Part shown: piece after piece, positions 10,726 through 22,784 of the stretch
How the letters are laid out: each line of letters begins with the position of its first letter
How positions within the stretch are numbered: position 1 is the stretch's first letter
From: Anthoceros angustus
Taxonomy: Eukaryota; Plantae; Anthocerotophyta
Assembly (NCBI GenBank): GCA_010909165.1
Contig: MU008169.1
Location: 2,046,001-2,110,000 of the forward strand
Length of the DNA: 64,000 bases
Direction: 5' to 3'
The notes under the pieces: generated by a model
What the model saw: only the letters and a program-made list of their open reading frames with translations
What the model was told of the DNA's origin: nothing
Databases searched by the model: none
Position numbers and translations under genes: made by a program

Positions 10726-12245
10726 GCAACTCTCGAATGCACGACAATAGACCTCGCATGTGCTATCGGCGTTGCCGCTGCACCATGAGCATGGAAAAAA
10801 CCTCTGCAGGTGGAGAGACTTTAGAACGAAAGTTGGATCAGAGCAAGCAGCAATTCATGCTAGCCTCTGGTCTTTGTGTGGCCACAACAAGAATCTATAC
10901 GTGTATACGGAACCTCAATGGCCCTTCCCGTTCAAAATAAGAAGCAAAGACCATCAAGCAAGCTGAGGCACCTTGCACACATACATGTTCACCAAACTGT
11001 TGGTTACACGCACGTCAGATTCATTCATGTCCCCGTAATTTGATTTTCGCATGAAGCTGCTTTCCCCTCAGATCTCCAATGCTTCCCCTTGGCCAAGGTG
11101 GTGCCAACACTAGCACATGCTCGCAATAGGCCTGCACACGATACCACAGACCTGCATGCCCCACCTTTTACGCCGACGCAGCAAAAAGGGCTTCCTACTC
11201 CATGCCCTTCCTCGGGAGTACCGCCATCACAAAGATTCCGCGTCACCACTTTTTCCCACCCAGCCGTCACACACGCCCAAAGATCCTTCAAGCTGCCACA
11301 TTCTAATACATGTTCACCAATTGAAATAGTGTTTATAAACTCGCTAGCTTGAACCCCTGCTCCATCACCGAGGCTCAAGCCGCCTCCAATCTCCAAATTT
11401 CAAGTCGGCTGGCCCCTACTTGCACCCTCATATAAAGTACAAGTTTACAACGTTTTTGAAGTGAAAGTTCATGGGGATCGCAACTCTCGAATGCACAATA
11501 GACCTCGCGATGTGCTATTTGCCATGCACCATGAGCATGGAAAAACCTCAGTGGAGAGACTTTAGAACGAAAGTTGGATCAGAGCAAGCAGCAATTCATG
11601 CTAGCCTCTGGTCTTTGTGTGGCCACAACAAGAATCTATACGTGTATACGGAACCTCAATGGCCCTTCCCGTTCAAAATAAGAAGCAAAGACCATCAAGC
11701 AAGCTGAGGCACCTTGCACACATACATGTTCACCAAACTGTTGGTTACACGCACGTCAGATTCATTCATGTCCCCGTAATTTGATTTTCGCATGAAGCTG
11801 CTTTCCCCTCAGATCTCCAATGCTTCCCCTTGGCCAAGGCTGGTGTGCCAACACTAGCACATGCCTGCAATAGGCCCGTGCACACGTATGACCTGCATGC
11901 CCCACCTTCGCCCATGCCGCACTGCATGTATAAGGGCTTCCTACTCCATGCCCTTCTGGGAGTACCCTGCCATCACAGCATTCCGCGTCACCACTTTTTC
12001 CCACCCAGGCCGTCACACACAGTCCCAGCATCCTTCAAGCTGCCACATTCTAATACATGTTCACCAATTCGAAATAGCTGTTTATAAACTCGCTAGCTTG
12101 AACCCCTGTTCCATCAGCTGTGCCTGAAGCTGCTTCCCGCTCAATCTCCAAATTTCAAGCTGGCTGGCCCCTACTTGCACCCTCATATAAAGTACAAGTT
12201 TACAACGTTTTTTGAAGTGAAAGTTCATGGGGACTGCAACTCAGA
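10726..12245. repeat. Tandem duplication of a ~755-bp unit, each copy containing a minus-strand PPR remnant
   Basis: GCAACTCTCGAATGCAC starts at 10726 and 11480. Both copies end GTGAAAGTTCATGGGGA. The minus strand retains TTGGTGAACATGTATTAGAATGTGGCAGCTTGAAGGAT (LVNMY..CGSLKD) and GKQLHAKIK..GHE. Confidence 0.92.
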
Positions 12246-12599
12246 ACCACTTCATCAGCCATGCACGTATGGAAATGGGAGAACCAACCTCGTTGTTTTG
12301 AAGTAAAGGTTTACTTCATTGGAGTCTCCAACTTCGAACCACTGTTCCCAGCCCTCACTTCACCACTCCACCGATGTTAGATTGGATGAGACCAACTCTT
12401 CCTACTTCATGGATTCGGAGCCTGTGTGGACCATATGCTCTACAAACTCATTCTCCTACGTCAAAGCTTATCATCCTATATACTCATCTAATATGGATTT
12501 AAAAGGCACAGCCTTCACATCCTTCAATTGTAAAAGGTGTAAGCGTGATGAACCTTCATGAATTAAGAACCCAGGGTGCAATGGTTTGATGTGAGGCAA

Positions 12600-12912
12600 A
12601 TGTGAAGCACATTTGCCTATGTCCTTGAAGCACATGACCCTATGTCTACATGTCACTCCTTCAAGGCAAATGTGCCATGTGTGACCCTATGTCTACATGT
12701 CCTCTCTTCAAGGAGTGACATGTAGACATAGGGTCATTGGAACTTCTCTCTCCCTTCAAGGAGTGACATGTAGACATAGGTTCATTAGAACTTCTTTCTC
12801 CCTTCAAGGAGTGACATGTAGACATAGGTTCATTGGAACTTCTCTCTCCCTTCAAGGAGTGACATGTAGACATAGGTTCATTGGAACTTCTCTCTCCCTT
12901 CAAGGAGTGACA
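12600..12912. repeat. 48-bp tandem repeat (~4.5 copies; TTCAAGGAGTGACATGTAGACATAGGTTCATTGGAACTTCTCTCTCCC) preceded by shorter variants
   Basis: Read directly. ORF 12661..13068 shows the repeated CHSLKGERSSNEPMST shadow translation. Confidence 0.92.
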
Positions 12913-13384
12913 TAACTGTACATTTAGACATGACTTCCTTGGAACTTCCCATTTAAACGTCCAAAGGATGTATTGGTGCCCAGATGGGGTGCCACCCATC
13001 CCTAGATTTATGGCCCTATGGGACTGCCAGTTATAAAGACATACCCTTATGAAGGGTATATAAGTCAACCTATTAATATTTTTTATAAAGAATTTTCAAC
13101 CTAATTTCTATATGAACTCTTTGACAGCAAATCTTGCAATTTCACAACTGTAAAAATTAAGTGGAATAAAAAAATCCTTGATAGTAGTGTTTAATTTCAA
13201 AAAACCTTTGTATCCATTTAAGATCGATAGCAATAGGAATAATTGGGCAACAAAGTAATCACCTAAGCATTAAGCAAAAACCATCTACAACAATATTTTT
13301 ATATTTTCTAAAAATTGATTCAGCTAATCCGTTCGAGTAATAGTTGTAGAGTAGTTGTAGAAAAAAATTAAATACCAAAGCGAT

Positions 13385-15125
13385 ATGGCAAATAACGGCA
13401 TGGATGAAACTTATCATGCATCAAAGGTACGTATAGATGAGTTCTTTGGTTTAGTTGAATGCATGGTAAAAGACTACGAAATAATTCTCTTAAAACTGTA
13501 TGATTTATGAGGTTCACCTTATGCCTTAAAATCACATTTATCTAGCTCTTAACGTAAAATCATAAGAATCAATTTCAAAAGATTTGTAAAGAAGTATGTA
13601 CATTACATGATGGTTTTGGTGTAAGTCTTCTTTTATCATCTAATGAACTTGATCATTATAATATTTTGGTTCTTTAGTATTCACGACCACTTCTAGCTCG
13701 AATGCCAGTGCCGCCTCATAATGGATATGGCGAACCAGAGGATAGTTATCAGCATATTATTCGTCTTGTTCCAAAACCTCCACGTAAAGATTTTGATAAA
13801 TGGCTCAATAATGAGGGAAAGGTACTTGTACACAACAAAATCCACCATGGAAGGCTAATGAGTTCTTCAAGGTACATATGACATAATGCACCATTCAAAG
13901 GGAAAAAACCAAAGCAAACAAATTGTACATATTCAAACCATTCTACAAAAATTGATATGCATAGGCAAGTAACAACAAGAGCTAACTTTTGATATAATTT
14001 CAATTCATAATATTGAAAATTTTTAAGCATGTGTATGTATGTATTGCTATCATTTTCAAGTTTATGAATGTTTTTGAAATATATGAATCACTAATAGGTT
14101 TAAGCAAACCTATTCATGCTTCTTACATTTCTGATTCATATACAAATATATGATTCATAAACAGACCTGGGTAAAATTACATGAATGACATTATACACAG
14201 GTGCTACGGTTTGCTGCCACTCTAGTGGAGGATGGAAAACACAGATTATCTGAATATAACAAGGGAAGATTCTTTATTTTTCAAGTAGGTGTATAATTTT
14301 GAGATTTTTAATTTTAATATATTGATAGTATTAAAATTATTACCACTTCAGCTTTTAATTGGCTGTGTTTTGAACTACAGTATTATTTAGAGGATGACAC
14401 GGTATCAGTATTCGAATCACCAGTAAAAAACTCAGGGATAACAGGCGGCCGTTTTTACAGTCGACAAAGAGCAACATTTAAGCCAAATAGCACAAAACGT
14501 TATACAGATGTAGATATGTTTGTGGGCAATATAATTGAATTGAATGGCAATTTATTTAAACTTGTTGAAGGTGATGAGTGGACCCTAAAATGGATGGAAC
14601 ATCATCCTTTGCGGTATCCAATGGCTGATATCCGTTTAGTAATGGAAAAGGTTTATATCAATTTATATGTTTTGATCTTTATGTTTGTTGTTTTATTGTT
14701 TAGATTTCTTTTTTATCCAATTTAGTGTTATATTTGAGTGTGCTTTGTGTATTTGAACACCTAGCTATTATCTGAACTGAAGTCCCTCTCCCAAAAAGAC
14801 CTCAAGAACCTATCGATATCATTGTATGAACAAGGACGGTATGGTTGGAAATGATTGCTGATGCACATGAATGCACTTGAAGTTTTTGAACTGAGAGAAA
14901 ATTTGATCACATATATTCATTACTCATAAGCATTTTGTATACACCAACAGGAATCGAGCCAATAATCAATTTACAGCAAGCTTTCTTGAGCTAGAGAAAT
15001 ATAATATCCATCTAATTGATCAAGAATTGGTTACAATGAGACGAAACTTTGATGATAACCTCGAAAAAACTGTAGAATTCTTGTGTGCGATGATTGATAG
15101 CTGCTTGCAACTTGAAATTGAATAA
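13385..15125 (+). CDS. Short EFHC1/Rib72-like protein: one DM10 domain plus degenerate EF-hand-like tail (~280 aa)
   Basis: Confident exons 13678-13821, 14201-14284, 14381-14650, 14765-14838 and 14951-15125 splice in frame. They give PVPPHNGYGEPEDSYQHIIRLVPKPPRKDFDKWLNNEGK|VLRFAATLVE...|YYLEDDTVSVFESPVKNSGITGGRF...EGDEWTLKWMEHHP. The 5' exons 13385-13426 and 13567-13620 are tentative. Confidence 0.75.
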
Positions 15126-16760
15126 TAATCCACAATTTTTGTGCAACCTCTAAAATAGAAGGGATCTTCTTATAAACAACAGAGGGAATCTTCTTTTAAG
15201 CAAGTTTTTGTTGACAATCCCACGCATTGTTCTCATGCACATTAATGCAAGACAAAAATCTTGTGGATATTTTAGACAAGAAAACATAGGCAATTTAAAG
15301 TAGATAAGAAAAAAATGAACAAATTTTGTCCCAATAATTTAGAGTACATGAGAAAAGATGGAAAACTTTAGTCACTATTCTGACTTTATCTATCTATAAG
15401 TTTTTAGTATCAATTGTTTTAAAAATACATTGAAAATAATCATTTTGATTCTTGTGATATCTTATATAAAATATCACAACGTAATCGTCTCAACATCTAT
15501 AAAAAAAACTTAAAATACAATCAAAATTTTATTGTCATTCAAAGACAATCATTTAAATTGTTGCTACTTAAAGCAAAGCCGTGGTGAAAACTCAATAGAA
15601 GCTACTCTAAATGGTTCAATCCCAAAAGAATCTCTATTATTGTACATGGTCATATTTTTCTCCAAATGTACATTGAGAACTCTCTCCAATCACTAAGTTT
15701 TAAGTTTTATCTTATTCCAATCGGCGAGGAAAAGTAAACTGATTGGAGTCATTACCAGATCTGAACAAATTTTACACCAAATAAGAATAACAAGCACAAA
15801 TTTTGCATAAATTTAAATTAAATATTTTTAAAATTTTATTTTTAATAGGTAAGTAGATGTAGTTTACAAATAAATTTACAAGTGTTTATGGTTAAAGAAA
15901 TAATGCATAAGCTTGAGAATGTATATAGAGCTCAATGATATAAGAGCAATACACCAAATAAGTGAGTGAAATGAAATACACTAGGGAACAGCTACACTTG
16001 GGTATATATACCCATTAGTGTTTCTACATAATATTGCTACAAAAATTCTAGTGTTACATTGGTCAAACATTTCCATAACTTGAAGAACATGGTATTGTTT
16101 AACTAGCCCCTCTCTACTTCCTTACAAAGTTGGTGTTCCTTTGGTGTAAACTCTCCTCATATGAAATTGTGTAAGTGATGGTGGGCCATGTAAATCATTA
16201 ATATCTCACAATATGTTGTATAAACATCATGATATTAAGAAGCCGCAGTGTTGTGAAAATGGCTTGCTTGTGCTAACTCATATACCTTAAAGCTTTGACA
16301 ATTCAAGCAAATAGGTGTTTTTGAGTTGATCAATTGTGTTTTAAGTGAGTGGGTAAAATATATTGTTGAAGTGAGTTGTCGTCTATACTGGTTGGGCATT
16401 CATTCGTATGTGTTGAATGAGTGAGAAAATACAATATCGTCACCTACTTCATGTTCTGCTTTACGAGGTTGTAAAGATAATCAATCACTTGGTCTTTGTT
16501 ATTTCCAAAATGCCTTTCAAGTGTGATAATCTCTTGTGGTGCTAAATCAATGCCAGCTTTCCTAAATAACTCAGAAATTGGTTCAGATGAATCCATACTC
16601 CTTATTCTGCAAAAAAAGATATGGATGAATACAAGTTATCAAAGGCTATAATATATCATCACAAAGTAGATATCCACAATATTAAAAATGCCTTTTGCTT
16701 TTGAATTCTTGTGATAGGTCATCCATTACCATCAAGGAGGTTTTTTGAGTATTTAGTAAC

Positions 16761-19686
16761 TTAAAAATCACTATAGGTAAGAGAGAGTAGAGAGAAATTA
16801 AAGAGAACAGCAATATACAACAATACAACGTCTATCATATATGAAGGCATGACATTACCCAGTTCGTTCAGGGAACGACTTATGTAGCTTATTCACATCT
16901 GATCCTGGCATTTTTCTTAGCAAAAATTGTAGCTGTATTTTCAAAAAGTAATCTTAATGTTAGAAACAATAAATAGTCTTTTTTTGTTAAAACTATTCTA
17001 GATTATGAAAAACATGTTACCTTATCTTGCACCACTGTAAAATCAGCCTTTGGATACTCCTTTGGATGTGACTCCATGTACTTCAATGTCCATTCATCAG
17101 CTTGAATCAGCTGGAATAAATGCTCATAGAAAGCTATGGTGTTACCCACCCACATATCTTTGATGGTGTATCTTATATTTGTTCCAGGTTTGAATACGGC
17201 TCGTTGCCTCTGGATATATCTTCCAGAAGTAATGCCAGAATTCCTAACTGGAGGCTCAAATACAGCCATAGTCTCATCTCCCAAATGGTACTGTCATGGA
17301 TGAAGATGTTTTATTCTTTATTTGGTATTATTATATCTTTTAATACAAAATCATTGACTAGTTTAGCCCATCACCATACTTGTACAACAAAAAATCTTGT
17401 TTTTTCTGTTGGAAATATTTTATGAGTTGTGTCTTCCACCATTTTTGCAGCGAAAGTCAATATCTATGATAATTTATTGTTAGCGAACTAGAAATTAAGC
17501 TTTTTTCTCTGCTAGATTTTAGAATACAAAATTGTGACATACTAAGTTTTTTACCTTCCCATCATTCTTTATCCAGTTATTAAAGTCAAAATATGGTGTC
17601 TTAGGCATCAAATGAATACAATGAGAGTAGCTATCCTCGGGTTGTCCATATCCATTATGCGGAGGAGCCTCCATTCTTGCTAGAACCGGGCCAGGTTCCT
17701 ACAAAAAGCATATTAATTAACATAGCTTAAACAATGTAGATTCATATAAAGCAAAATAAGTTTGCCACATGCATACTTGAACGTTAATGGCTTCCATATC
17801 TTCCTTTGTCATGCCAAGATTTTCAATGTAGTAGTTTCGTGTAAAGTCATCAACATCATGGATCAACATATCTCTATTGTACACTTTGAAAAAACTTCCA
17901 ATTCGAAAATCTTTCACATTGTAATATGAAGATTTTGGTTTTTTAGCCACCATCTTTGCACCTAGTAAGACAAGGGACTAGTTCAACATATCATGCATGA
18001 TAATTGTATGCAAGAATACTATCATCTAACGTGCACAAGTTTTAAGGTATAGACACTAGGAGTCACGTGCGTCTTGCAATAAGGTATAGAAACTAGGATT
18101 CACTTGCGTCTTGCAATAAGGTATAGACACTAGGATTCACATGCGTGTTGCAATAATTTTACCTAGAAGCCCTTGAGGAACTTCTCTCGGTAGACGACAT
18201 CGCCTTAAAAGCTTTGGATAGGGATCTTTGCCAGCATTTTTCTCATTGATTTCCATCACCTCCATGGTATCATCTCCAAGAAAATAATGCATAATCTGTC
18301 ATTTATCATTAGTGCTAGTTTTTAAGTGACTGGTATATCATAAAGACATTAAGATCATAAGTAAGTATCATTTCACACGAGAAAATGGTTATATCAATTG
18401 TAAGAAAATTCGATGCTTACGTAAGGCCGGCGATCACCATATAAATTATCCCTGTCATCCCAAACGCAAAAGAATCGCAAGGTTTTTGGGTCATTCTCCA
18501 AAAATTGCTTAGACGCAAAATCTTTAGGATGTGTGAGTCGATGATGTGCAAGACTTTCTCTATATTCTTGTAATGGTTCACCAGGATAAGCTTCTTCAGC
18601 TCCAATTGGATATCCATGCTTGTGAAGATATCTCTAAAGAATCAAGCAAAGAAATACATAAACATTCTCTCCAAGACAATACAATATTATAGTTAAAAGG
18701 TTTAAGTCTCTTCTACCCTAGTAAAAATATCACAAGCCACTATTCGATAAATGTGTCCATAGATTTCAATATCTTTTCCCAATTGAAAGTCTCCAACACC
18801 AATAGGTTCAGCTGGATTTAATCTCTTGAGTACCCTATGCCTTCTTAGAAATTGTCCCTGTATAAAATAAATTTCAATTTAATTATTTTATTACAAATAA
18901 ACTTATGAAGAAAAAATAAAAACTAGGAATTTATAATAGCAGAAATTAAAAAAATCAAACACAACCACGTATTTATACCTGCATCATCCCGCTATTATCC
19001 TCTCTTTTTTCCTGAATATTGAGCATAAATACTTAGACACATGCATGGAGATGTGCATATAGATTAAGGATAATTGATATTGATCGCATTTAGTTCTAAA
19101 ACTTCACTTACAGAAATCTGGAGAGTAGCATCTTCAAGATAATAATAAATTGTACATTTACGAACTCGAAAGTTTTCTTCTCTTCTTTCATTTACTTGTT
19201 CTTTAAAATAAGCAAAGAACCTCAGTACCTATGATAATATTCATAGTGTGTTACGCATTTATTTTTTTGGGATGGAGCACTAATACCTTTCTATGAAATT
19301 CAATTTTTTTTTGCCCAAAAATCAATTTTTTATAGTAAATAAGAAATTGAATGACACACTTGATGATCATATTTTAACCATGCTGGTTGGGGCCCATAGC
19401 AATCTTCGTCGCAACCACATACTCCATCGCATGGATCAGCTTTAATAAGTTCATTTGAAAATCGTTTCCCATATTTGTCTTTAACTAAAGGCCGCACTTC
19501 AGGAAATCCATCAGAGAAGTTCAATGTTTGAGATTTTCTCCTTGGTTCCTCCTAGAGTTTGTGCAAATCTTAGCGTTATTTTTTTGGAAACATTTAGTTG
19601 ACTCTTAATTCATGTTTGTTTGTGTGATGTTAATTTGTACTCACAGGGCCATGGCAAAAAGAAAACGGCGGCAATGAAACATCCAT
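16761..19686 (-). CDS. EFHC1: EFHC1/Rib72-like ciliary microtubule-inner protein with three DM10 domains
   Basis: In-frame exons 19686-19645, 19551-19360, 19228-19112, 19011-18979, 18857-18717, 18633-18421, 18295-18163, 17961-17777, 17698-17555, 17463-17380, 17290-17021 and 16932-16859. Motifs: RKSQTLNFSDG, WLKYDHQ|VLRFFAYFKE, KQFLENDPKTLRFFCVWDDRDNLYGDRRPY|IMHYFLGDDTMEV, PPHNGYGQPEDS. The terminal exon is uncertain, and EFHC1 vs EFHC2 orthology is untested. Confidence 0.85.
18044..18155. repeat. Intronic 37-bp tandem repeat x3 (AAGGTATAGACACTAGGATTCACATGCGTCTTGCAAT)
   Basis: Starts at 18044, 18081 and 18118, inside an EFHC1 intron. Confidence 0.92.
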
Positions 19687-20184
19687 GATTCTCTTTTCAC
19701 AAACATGCAAGTGAGAAGAATGAGCACTTCACTTGTTTGTCTTTAATCTTATATTCCACCTGTAACAAGATAATCTTATGTCTTTTGATTGAATAAAAAA
19801 GCAACTTCATTCAAATTCATCTCATCCTCACTTTCTTACTTTTATAACAGCTATGATAGATAAGTCTATGTTTGCATATCGACATAAAATATTTACTTTT
19901 CTTTGTTTCCTTTTAGTCTATGTTTCCTTTTGAAATTGCAGCTGGGACATTCAATTTTGGTCAAGTATTTTTGTGTAAAGTAGAGCTGGCAAATACAGTC
20001 ATGAAACGATTCGTCTAGTTATCATGCCACGATAATCCTTATTCATTGTTTTGATAAAATAAATTATTAACCTGATATATACTACATAGAACCCAAAGAT
20101 CAAATTTGTATATCTATATATGTATATTGAAGATGTTAATAATAATCCTCTAAAAATTATACTACATATGTACTTGAATAAATA

Positions 20185-20210
<26 letters not shown>
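20185..20210. repeat. (TA)n microsatellite
   Basis: Read directly from the sequence. Confidence 0.95.
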
Positions 20211-20216
<6 letters not shown>

Positions 20217-20689
20217 TCACTTTAAGTGGCTTGAAACCTTCAAATGAGCTAAACTGAATGATCAAAAGCTACATTACTTCCATGGAGACCAAACCGGTAG
20301 CACTAAAGAGAGATCCACCAATACATGACATAAGATTATCACTTAGTTTCTTAGGTTAGCTCCTCACAACTAAGGGTACACTACAAAGGGATTAATCCTC
20401 TTTTATCTTCCAGAGATCCTAAGTTATCCAAGATATTGTTAGATCACATTCACACATGTAAGACAAACGGTTTTAGACATGACCTGTTAGCATAAAGCCA
20501 CATTCACAGTCAGTAAATGCTCGGGCTCGTTCTTGCTACCTCCTGCAAGGATTCCACCAGTAGGTTGCCTCGAATGTGAGGCCTTACAAGATGTTGATCT
20601 ACACAACTGCTTCAGCTTTAGATCACAGCCTGGCGTGGTAGTCTCGAATGTGAGGGCTTTCGCGATGTTGATCTGCATAGCTGGTGGTA

Positions 20690-21268
20690 GTGGCATAGCC
20701 TGGAGCGTACTTTGTGCTACCTCAAGGGTGCCATGGCGTATGGGCTCTGGTACATGGGCCCGCCGCAAGGGATTCTGCTTCGGTCTCCTTCCCTCAACTC
20801 TCCACTTACATTGATGTTGATTGATTGGGGGGAGATATGGACTCTAGGAAATCAACATCGGGATTTGCCCTGATGCTGTGTGACACTGCAATCGATTGGG
20901 GATCTAAGCGGCAGACACCCATCGCTCTTTCGTCCACCGAGTCGTAGTACATGGCTATTACACTTGCTACCAAGCGTGTTGTGGATTGAATTAGGCTCCT
21001 AGATGAACTTGGTATGACAAAGCAGAAGCCCGTTACCATCAAGATGGACAACCAATCCGCCCTTGCCCTTGCTAGTAACCCGAAGTTCAGCTCCGGGTCT
21101 AAGCACATAGACCTTCAATATCACTATGTTTGCGAGCACTTTGCTGCAGGGGAGATCCGATTTGAGTTTTGCCCTACCGAGCTCATGGAAGCCGACATCT
21201 TGCCGAAGATGTGGCTACCAGAAGATTCCTGCTGCGGAATGCTACAGGACTGTCTCGACACCTCTTAG
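20690..21268 (+). mobile_element. Ty1/Copia pol remnant (end of RT and RNase H), pseudogenised
   Basis: Reads RVLCYLKGAMAYGLWY, YIDVD-WGGDMDSRKSTSGF, AIDWGSKRQTPIALSSTES*YMA and MDNQSALALASNPKFSSGSKHIDLQYHYV. It has internal stops and frameshifts. Confidence 0.9.
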
Positions 21269-21865
21269 CTCTGATAAACCGGACGCCTTTTCCCACTTAC
21301 ACACCTGGGAAAGGACTCGACCAAAGAGAGAGAACTTGATAGAGCAAAGGGCCATGGCTCCGCCAGAACTGGGTACGATCAAAAGGCCGCTTTCTTTTTC
21401 CCGGGCCTGTTTCAGACTTCAAAAGTTCGTACGTAGTGCTGGAAAGTCCGTTGCGCGCCCGTCAGCCTCCTTTCTTTACAAGCCCGTCTCCGTAGCGCAC
21501 GCACCAAGGCAGTTAGCCTAAACGGTCTCTTCCTCTAACAGCATAGTAGGCAATGACCATGTTTCTGTATGTACCAGTGTATAATAAGGAGAAAAACGAT
21601 GGGAAGAAGCCTATCCAGCAGGGGACAACCAAGGAGGATCCGAGGGTCAAGATGAAAACGAGCCATTAAGCTCCCACCTAAAGCTACCTACTGCTCCCAG
21701 GAAGAACAAAAGGCCTGCAAACCCCGAGGAAGAGGAAGAAGCGTCACCATGTTTCTGAATTGCGTATGTACAACCTGTCCAGACGGGAGTGTTACAATAC
21801 TTTTTCAGGTTGTAAATGTCCAACGCGGAGACTTGTAGTAAATGTAGTTTTCTGAACCTGCAGTC

Positions 21866-22744
21866 CTACCAGTCCCATTCAATGTCCGTGACCCTAGCAG
21901 AAAACAACCATTCTGCCCCGCCTCGTGACAGATGGAGCCATGACAGAGTGTGATTGAAGTCAAGCATGTGAGCTAAATGAAGTGCTCCTTCATCCCCAAG
22001 AGGATTTCTCCCAACGTCCAGCCTCTCGAGAGTGCAGTTTGTCTGAAGTGCGAGAGCGAGCATACTAGCTCCTTCAGGCCCAATTCCCGTGTTATCCAAA
22101 GCCAGAGCTTTCAAGGTCGAATTGTGTTGGAGCATATGGACAATGTGGCTGCACCCTTCAACTGTCCCACAAGCTCTAACCTCATCTAGATTCAGGTCTT
22201 CCGTGTTGCAACCAGAGCGCAGCATTCCCGAACACAGAGCCTCCAGGGCAACCGGACTGATCCAGGAGTCCGGAAAGTTCCTTCTTAGAAAGGAAATCCT
22301 AGTGAACAAACAGCTAGCCCGGCCAATAAGGCCCAGGAGAACGCCACCCACGAGCAGCTCAACTTCAAGACGATCCACCTCGTCGCATGCATCATCCATC
22401 TCTGACCAGTCCCACCAACTGTTGAGTTCATGAGCCTCGCAGTCAAAAGTGCCGGCATCAGAAAAGGCTTCTCCAGAGATGGTGTCCAACGTTCCTTCAT
22501 TCTGTTCTCTCCACTTCCCCCCGGTTTCCAACTGCGAAAACCATACGTAATACCCTACGCACTCGCGGCCAACAACTGGCAAGAACTGCTCTCTCAGTAG
22601 GCGGAAATCTCGTTCTGAACCCCAGTAAGGCTCGTCTCCAACGTGAGAATCTACCAGAAAAGTTTCAAACGCCGGTTGAAGACTCGTTACCAGACTCGCT
22701 ACATCACCCGTCGTGGGTCTTGGTTTTCCACTCGTGCTGGCCAT
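21866..22744 (-). CDS. RNI-like leucine-rich-repeat protein (~292 aa), TORNADO1-N-terminus-like, possibly truncated
   Basis: LKALALDNTGIGPEGASMLALALQTNCTLERLDVGRNPLGDEGALHLAHMLDFNHTL is RNI-type LRR. The plausible ATG (MASTSGK) is at 22744. The TRN1 resemblance is from recall only. Confidence 0.6.
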   Translation of the reverse strand: MASTSGKPRPTTGDVASLVTSLQPAFETFLVDSHVGDEPYWGSERDFRLLREQFLPVVGRECVGYYVWFSQLETGGKWREQNEGTLDTISGEAFSDAGTFDCEAHELNSWWDWSEMDDACDEVDRLEVELLVGGVLLGLIGRASCLFTRISFLRRNFPDSWISPVALEALCSGMLRSGCNTEDLNLDEVRACGTVEGCSHIVHMLQHNSTLKALALDNTGIGPEGASMLALALQTNCTLERLDVGRNPLGDEGALHLAHMLDFNHTLSWLHLSRGGAEWLFSARVTDIEWDW

Positions 22745-22784
22745 AGCTGAGAAACATCTCAACCCTGAACCAATCCGTGCTCTC

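Noticed and set aside
12600-12912. Regular 48-bp repeats (and the 27-, 37- and 44-bp arrays) as CRISPR-like arrays
   Set aside because: They are contiguous units without unique spacers, there are no cas genes, and the context is eukaryotic.
18417-18617. ORF-track peptide MDIQLELKKLIL...
   Set aside because: Wrong frame. The EFHC1 exon reads RYLHKHGYP...KQFLENDPKTLRFFCVWDD in another frame.
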